Part shown: positions 59,609-64,000 of the stretch, one piece after another | Layout: each line of letters opens with the position of its first letter | Position numbering within the stretch: position 1 is the first letter of the stretch | Position numbers and translations under genes: made by a program | DNA from: Bacteroidota bacterium | Lineage (GTDB): Bacteria; Bacteroidota; Bacteroidia; Bacteroidales; UBA10428 | Direction of reading: 5' to 3' | DNA length: 64,000 nucleotides | Assembly (NCBI GenBank): GCA_016699695.1 | Contig: CP065006.1 | Location: 1,392,521-1,456,520 of the forward strand | Notes under the pieces: model-generated | Told to the model about the DNA's origin: nothing | What the model saw: the letters and a program-made list of their open reading frames with translations, nothing else | Databases searched by the model: none

Positions 59609-60391
59609 TTATGCCTTTACAAATTGGTTCATCTTTACAGCCAGAAGGGAAGATGCTTCTTGCAGTATGGCTTGTTGTTTCGGACCAATGGCAGAAAAAG
59701 AGGCCATTTCGACAACAGCTATTGTTTTTTTCTCGACCACAAGTGGCATGAGTATCAATAAATGTGGTTTCGATTTTCCCAAACCCGATTCAACCATAAA
59801 ATAATTCTCCGGAATTTCTTCTATTATTTGCATCTGCTGCTCGGCGGCAACTTGTCCGTTCAAATTTTCGCCTTTCTTAAAACCCACTGGTGATTTCTCG
59901 GTTGTAAGACCATAAGATGCGCAAAAATTAAAGCTTTCGCCACCATCGGCCGAAGTGTATACTATGCCTTGCACCAGGTTAAAGTAATTGGCCAGAGTTA
60001 TTAATAATTTTTTGGCATACGAATCGACGTTTTTAAAGTTGCCTTGAGGAATGAGTGTTTTTGCCTGTTCCTGGGTATCGTCTAAAACAAATTCCTGCTG
60101 CTTCAATTTTTCCTGTTCCAAACGAATCTGGTTAAGAAGGTCAGCGCGTGCTTCTTCCGACTTTTGTACGACATGTGCTTCGAATAGCTTAAAGTCGGTG
60201 AGTTTATAAAAAACGAAGAACAAATAAACAAGCAGGGCAATGGCCAGCAGAGCAAATAATGCCGGAAAAACACCAAGTTTTTCCTTTCCTGAGACAAAAG
60301 CATTCCATGCAGCAATCAGGCTGGCTAGAATGAGCACAATTCCGGCACTAAAGCCAGCCACTGCAATTTTTCTGTGTTTTACCTGGAGCAT
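59609..60391 (-). CDS. two-TM membrane protein with a cytoplasmic GAF domain
   Basis: 260 aa. The GAF segment is paralogous to those of the two flanking sensors (EIPENYFMVESGLGKSKPHLLILMPL...VVEMAS). Confidence 0.7.
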   Translation of the reverse strand: MLQVKHRKIAVAGFSAGIVLILASLIAAWNAFVSGKEKLGVFPALFALLAIALLVYLFFVFYKLTDFKLFEAHVVQKSEEARADLLNQIRLEQEKLKQQEFVLDDTQEQAKTLIPQGNFKNVDSYAKKLLITLANYFNLVQGIVYTSADGGESFNFCASYGLTTEKSPVGFKKGENLNGQVAAEQQMQIIEEIPENYFMVESGLGKSKPHLLILMPLVVEKKTIAVVEMASFSAIGPKQQAILQEASSLLAVKMNQFVKA

Positions 60392-60392
60392 G

Positions 60393-60956
60393 CTAATATT
60401 TTAATTTTGATAAAAAACTAATAATCTGTTCAGTCGTATATACATGGTCGACCTTTGTAAGCTGTAAGGCCGATTCTGTCATAGTTTTCACTTCGCATTC
60501 GCGAGGATCTTGCACAATGGTCAATCCTCCTTTTTCTGCCACTACTTTTAAACCCATGGCGCCATCGCGGTTAGCGCCAGACAGAATAATCCCTACCAGT
60601 TTATCGCGGTATGCATTTGCGGCAGTGATAAACGATAAATCAATCGAAGGTCTGGAGTGATTAATCGGTTCGTCGGTCGAAAGGGCAATACGGTTAGCCA
60701 TTTCTACAAACATATGATAGTTCGCCGGAGCGAGGTAAGCCCTTCCTGGGCGAAGTGAATCCTTGTCAAGTGGCTCCTCAATAGGTATATTCGATTTTAG
60801 CGACAAGGCTTCGACGAAACCTGACCTTACATGCTTAAGCCGGTGAAGGCACAAAAGCACTGGTAATGGAAATTTATCATCGAGTGAACTCAAAATTCGG
60901 GTCACTACCTGAAAACTTCCTGCCGAACCTCCAATTATTACTGCCTTGTATTTCAC
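60393..60956 (-). CDS. cheB: CheB-type protein-glutamate methylesterase, catalytic domain only (no receiver domain)
   Basis: 187 aa with triad contexts IGGSAGS, LCLHRL and SGANRDGAMG. A 1-nt gap separates it from the downstream gene. Confidence 0.85.
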   Translation of the reverse strand: MKYKAVIIGGSAGSFQVVTRILSSLDDKFPLPVLLCLHRLKHVRSGFVEALSLKSNIPIEEPLDKDSLRPGRAYLAPANYHMFVEMANRIALSTDEPINHSRPSIDLSFITAANAYRDKLVGIILSGANRDGAMGLKVVAEKGGLTIVQDPRECEVKTMTESALQLTKVDHVYTTEQIISFLSKLKY

Positions 60957-61008
60957 TAATTTACAACTTTAAGTTGACTAAAATCTCTCTTGTTTGGGTT
61001 CTTTGCAA

Positions 61009-61836
61009 TTATATCTTACGTTTATAAACACTTTCGCTTTTATTGACCAGCTCGAAGGATGCCCCCACTGCATTTACTGGTTTAATCTCTTCCATCACTC
61101 CAACAACAAGGCTACCTGAAGCCGATAACAACTGGTTCATACGCTCCAGTATCCGTGTCTGAAAAGTAGGGGTGTAATAGATCATCACATTCCGGAACAA
61201 AATCATTTTATTGTTTTGTGGCGCTTTACTAAAATAGATATCATCCACGATAAATTCTACAGATTTTATTAACGATGTATCGCGGTATACTTCATTGTCC
61301 ACAATTTTATAGTACGATTCGAATTCCTTTTCGCCATGGAAACGCTTGTAGTTCTCAATAGAAACCTCAAGTTTTTTCATGGGATACCTGCCACTTTGCA
61401 TGTATTCGATACTTTTTTTGCTGTATACACTGGCATATATTTTCACCTTCTCTAGCAGGTTCATTTCTTTTAAAAGGATGCAGAGTGTATACAGTTCTGC
61501 CCCCGAAATACATTGAGGAATCCAGATTTTAAAATTATCGAAATGCCTGTCGGTCAGATTGGGGAAATATTCTTCTCTTAACCATCTCCACAACGATGGA
61601 TCGCGAAACATTTCGGTGGAAGGCACAAAAAAGTCGTACAAGAATTTATCAAAGAACTCAGGATCTTCCGAAAGGCTGCGAAATAAATTCTCCGATGTAA
61701 GCAGTCCGTTTTTTGCAATTACTTTCTCCAGATTATATTTAAACGAGGTCAAAGCAAAATTCGAAAAGTCGTAATTATGTACCTTTTGAATAATCCTTAT
61801 GATTTCCCTTATGTCAACAATTCCTAATTCTACCAT
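61009..61836 (-). CDS. cheR: CheR-type protein-glutamate O-methyltransferase
   Basis: 275 aa with TEMFRD, IWIPQCISGAELYTLCILL (the SAM-binding region) and FRNVMIYY. Confidence 0.85.
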   Translation of the reverse strand: MVELGIVDIREIIRIIQKVHNYDFSNFALTSFKYNLEKVIAKNGLLTSENLFRSLSEDPEFFDKFLYDFFVPSTEMFRDPSLWRWLREEYFPNLTDRHFDNFKIWIPQCISGAELYTLCILLKEMNLLEKVKIYASVYSKKSIEYMQSGRYPMKKLEVSIENYKRFHGEKEFESYYKIVDNEVYRDTSLIKSVEFIVDDIYFSKAPQNNKMILFRNVMIYYTPTFQTRILERMNQLLSASGSLVVGVMEEIKPVNAVGASFELVNKSESVYKRKI

Positions 61837-61857
61837 GAACAGTTATATTTTTTAACT

Positions 61858-64000
61858 TCAGGTGTTTACCTCTTCAATACTAAACAAATTCAGGATCCTA
61901 TCTACATCGCCATTGGAAGTAAGCACTGGCGAAAGATTGTATTTATATTGGTATTTTTTCGATCCCTGATGAAGTGTTTCCATACGCATGATACTCTTTT
62001 TCGTCACTACCACTTCTTCTATAAATTCATCACTGATCAGGCTTTCTTCTGTAAATACATCACGGTGCTTTTGGTAAAGTACACGGTCTGCAGGCATGCG
62101 CAGGAATGCCAGTAATCTTTCGTTCACATGGCTTATTGTTCCGCTTGTATCGTATTCAAGAATGAAGAAGCTTTTTCCTATTGCATCTAATAAGGACTGC
62201 AATTCCTGTTCGCGGCGGGTCGATTCTTCCTGAGTGGCAATGAGCTCTTCTAGGTTCTGACGCATTTCTTCTTCCTGTTCTGCCATCTCGGCGGCTTGCT
62301 GTTGCGATTTTCGCAGCAGCTCAGAGGTGCGCGAATTGTTGCGTGCACTAATAATGGTCGAAGCAAGGCTTGAAGCAATGCTGGTGGCAAGTTCTATTTC
62401 AATGGCACTAAAAACTTTCAACGTAGCCATTTCCACCACACCCACCATTTCTTCGTTGGTCATCAATGGTAAGAGCAATAGATTATTTGGTGGAGTATCT
62501 CCCAAACCAGATTTGATGGTAATATAGTTGTCGGGCAATTCGGTAAGGTTTATTACCTTTTTCTCCAAGGCACAGGTGCCCACAAGACCCTCACCCAATT
62601 TCAGTGTTTTTTGAAGAAAACGTTTGCGGTCGTATGCAAAAGCCGACATCAGGTGCAGCTGGTTTTTGTTTTGTTCGTCTAAAAGGAAAACGCTTCCCTG
62701 AAGTGCCCCCATGTATTTTACCAATTCACGAATAAATTCATCGGCAAGAATAGTAGTATCGTGGCTGTTAAGCCTGAGAATTTCGCCGAATTTTGCCAAT
62801 CCTTCGTTGGTATAACGTCTGGCATTGTTCTCGAGATCGTATTTCATTTGCTCGTTTTGAGCTTTGCGCATCATTTCCTGAAGATTCACTAAAAGTTTTC
62901 CAATGACATCGTTTTCGGTAGTAGCTTGCAACTGAGTATTCAGCCTATTGTTCAACATATCTTCGATAAAGGTCTTGCGGCCATTCAGAAGGTTTAATAA
63001 AGCCTTGATCTCGGTATAATAGGCATCAAACTCATAGGGGCCTGAGCCCGGTATATTGGGCATAATGCTTCCGCTGGCAAGAGATTTTGTAATGGAATGC
63101 AACTGATGCACAGACCCCACCACCGTGCGCGAAAACCGGTACATCATCAGTATGTATGCAGCCGTTAGCAAAAGCGCCAGAAAAATGAAAATCAGATTCC
63201 ACCTATTGTGGTAATGATTTGTTTGTTTTTCAATTTCTTGTTTTAACCTTGCAAAGCTATGTTGCAGATACTCGTAACTTGCTGTAAGATCGGACAATTG
63301 TCCAGTATTATCGGAGGTATTAAGTAAGCGCTGGTCAATTTGTGCAATACCCTCTAATACTTCCTTTAATTCGTCAACATCTCTTTCTAAAACAGCGATA
63401 TCATATCGGCTTTGGGAATAAAAAGCCAGAAGTACATTGTCGCAAAATTCCAATAAACTATTCAATCTGGCAGCTGAATAATCGAGTAAATAGAAACTGA
63501 CAAGACTATTGAACTTTTCGGCCTGAATTCCATTATCGGGGGCCATGCTCAATTCATTGCTGATGCTTTGAAATAAATCGTTTGCGATTTCAACTTTGCC
63601 TCCATAGCTATTACCTTTTTCCTTAAGACTCAGAATGACTTTGGTATAGCTGAGAAGGTAATTCTGCAAAGCAAGCGAGACGCTGTCGTCGAGGGTAGCA
63701 TGTTTAAAGTGTTTCCTTAGATATTTTAAATCGCCCAGCAGTAGAAGCGAATCGCTTATACCATCAACAAGCAAATTCTGTGTGGCAATAAGTTCATCGC
63801 AGGTGCGGTCGGAAAAATGAAGGTCAGACTTTTGCAGATCGAAGGCTTTATCATGATTGACATTAGCAACAGAAAGTTTCGATTCAATTCCGGTGGAATA
63901 CGATACTGCCTGAAGGGTGTCTTTTTTCCGATATCCAGAATAGAACATGATAAAAATGAGCGTGGAGATTATAAGTATTGTAAAAATACTTTGTAGTAAA
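61858..64000 (-). CDS. membrane sensor: TM, helical extracytoplasmic domain, TM, HAMP-like, GAF, Glu/Gln-rich coiled coil, PAS (5' end outside the window)
   Basis: The ORF track starts at the M at 63948, but the frame stays open to position 64000. The upstream codons encode a hydrophobic helix (..IFTILIISTLIFI-MFYSG), so the true start is beyond the window. No kinase, cyclase or MCP output domain is present. Confidence 0.8.
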   Translation of the reverse strand, partial: LLQSIFTILIISTLIFIMFYSGYRKKDTLQAVSYSTGIESKLSVANVNHDKAFDLQKSDLHFSDRTCDELIATQNLLVDGISDSLLLLGDLKYLRKHFKHATLDDSVSLALQNYLLSYTKVILSLKEKGNSYGGKVEIANDLFQSISNELSMAPDNGIQAEKFNSLVSFYLLDYSAARLNSLLEFCDNVLLAFYSQSRYDIAVLERDVDELKEVLEGIAQIDQRLLNTSDNTGQLSDLTASYEYLQHSFARLKQEIEKQTNHYHNRWNLIFIFLALLLTAAYILMMYRFSRTVVGSVHQLHSITKSLASGSIMPNIPGSGPYEFDAYYTEIKALLNLLNGRKTFIEDMLNNRLNTQLQATTENDVIGKLLVNLQEMMRKAQNEQMKYDLENNARRYTNEGLAKFGEILRLNSHDTTILADEFIRELVKYMGALQGSVFLLDEQNKNQLHLMSAFAYDRKRFLQKTLKLGEGLVGTCALEKKVINLTELPDNYITIKSGLGDTPPNNLLLLPLMTNEEMVGVVEMATLKVFSAIEIELATSIASSLASTIISARNNSRTSELLRKSQQQAAEMAEQEEEMRQNLEELIATQEESTRREQELQSLLDAIGKSFFILEYDTSGTISHVNERLLAFLRMPADRVLYQKHRDVFTEESLISDEFIEEVVVTKKSIMRMETLHQGSKKYQYKYNLSPVLTSNGDVDRILNLFSIEEVNT

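Noticed and set aside
60393-61836. A classical chemotaxis operon.
   Set aside because: No CheA, CheW, CheY or MCP signalling domain is in the visible locus. CheB lacks its receiver domain. The lineage markers (T9SS, SprF) point to a non-flagellated Bacteroidota organism.
1-64000. CRISPR arrays, tRNA/rRNA genes, IS elements, integrases, prophage or defence-island signatures.
   Set aside because: I found no regularly spaced direct repeats, no cloverleaf-like or rRNA-like segments in the intergenic gaps, and no transposase, recombinase, RT or nuclease ORFs in the six-frame track. I noticed no abrupt change in base composition by eye.

Overview
This 64-kb window looks like ordinary chromosome from a Bacteroidota genome. 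The evidence is TAnnTTTG-type -7 promoter boxes, a T9SS type-B cargo gene followed by a PorP/SprF gene, a lipoprotein-type TamA next to TamB, and a Bacteroid-type trp leader. I support about 45 protein-coding genes. I saw no rRNA, tRNA, CRISPR array, IS element, integrase or prophage signature.

Gene content in order:
- Positions 1-7915: a Trp-attenuated trpEGDCFBA operon (WWW leader peptide plus a perfect 12-bp terminator), followed by an MFS transporter.
- Positions 7967-19972: mixed envelope and housekeeping genes, including a CPA2 antiporter, a YiiX-like amidase, a class IV aminotransferase, a secreted DsrE-like protein, an NmrA-like SDR, a CPBP protease and two small beta-barrel OMPs.
- Positions 20088-27333: a tamB-Omp85 (TamL-like) operon.
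- Positions 27781-38573: a 9.7-kb gene for a 3232-aa T9SS type-B cargo. It has a clan-GH-A-like N-terminus, 2 LamG domains, a PKD-like array, a golvesin-C-like module, SprB-like repeats, a HYR-like segment and a type-B CTD. Its PorP/SprF partner follows directly.
- Positions 38707-51196: housekeeping genes (phnA, ahcY, ribF, glgB, quinone reductase, rpsT, a lamin-tail-domain protein, asd, queE/queD, small lipoproteins).
- Positions 51384 to the window edge: a tightly packed ten-gene minus-strand locus, which is the most interesting part of the window.

The ten-gene locus joins an orphan CheR/CheB pair to three GAF-containing membrane sensors, a SiaA/SiaB/SiaC-type partner switch, a TerB-fused ABCG-like transporter and two exported proteins. 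The partner switch is a PP2C phosphatase, a GHKL Ser/Thr kinase and a DUF1987 protein. No CheA, CheW, CheY, MCP signalling domain or GGDEF output is visible. I propose it as a candidate uncharacterised methylation-plus-phosphorylation signalling system that controls a transporter.

A structured interspersed repeat of about 97 nt occurs twice (about 17199 and about 51204).

Coordinates of small non-coding elements were counted by eye and may be off by 1-2 nt. CDS coordinates come from the ORF track, with some starts moved to better-supported internal start codons.
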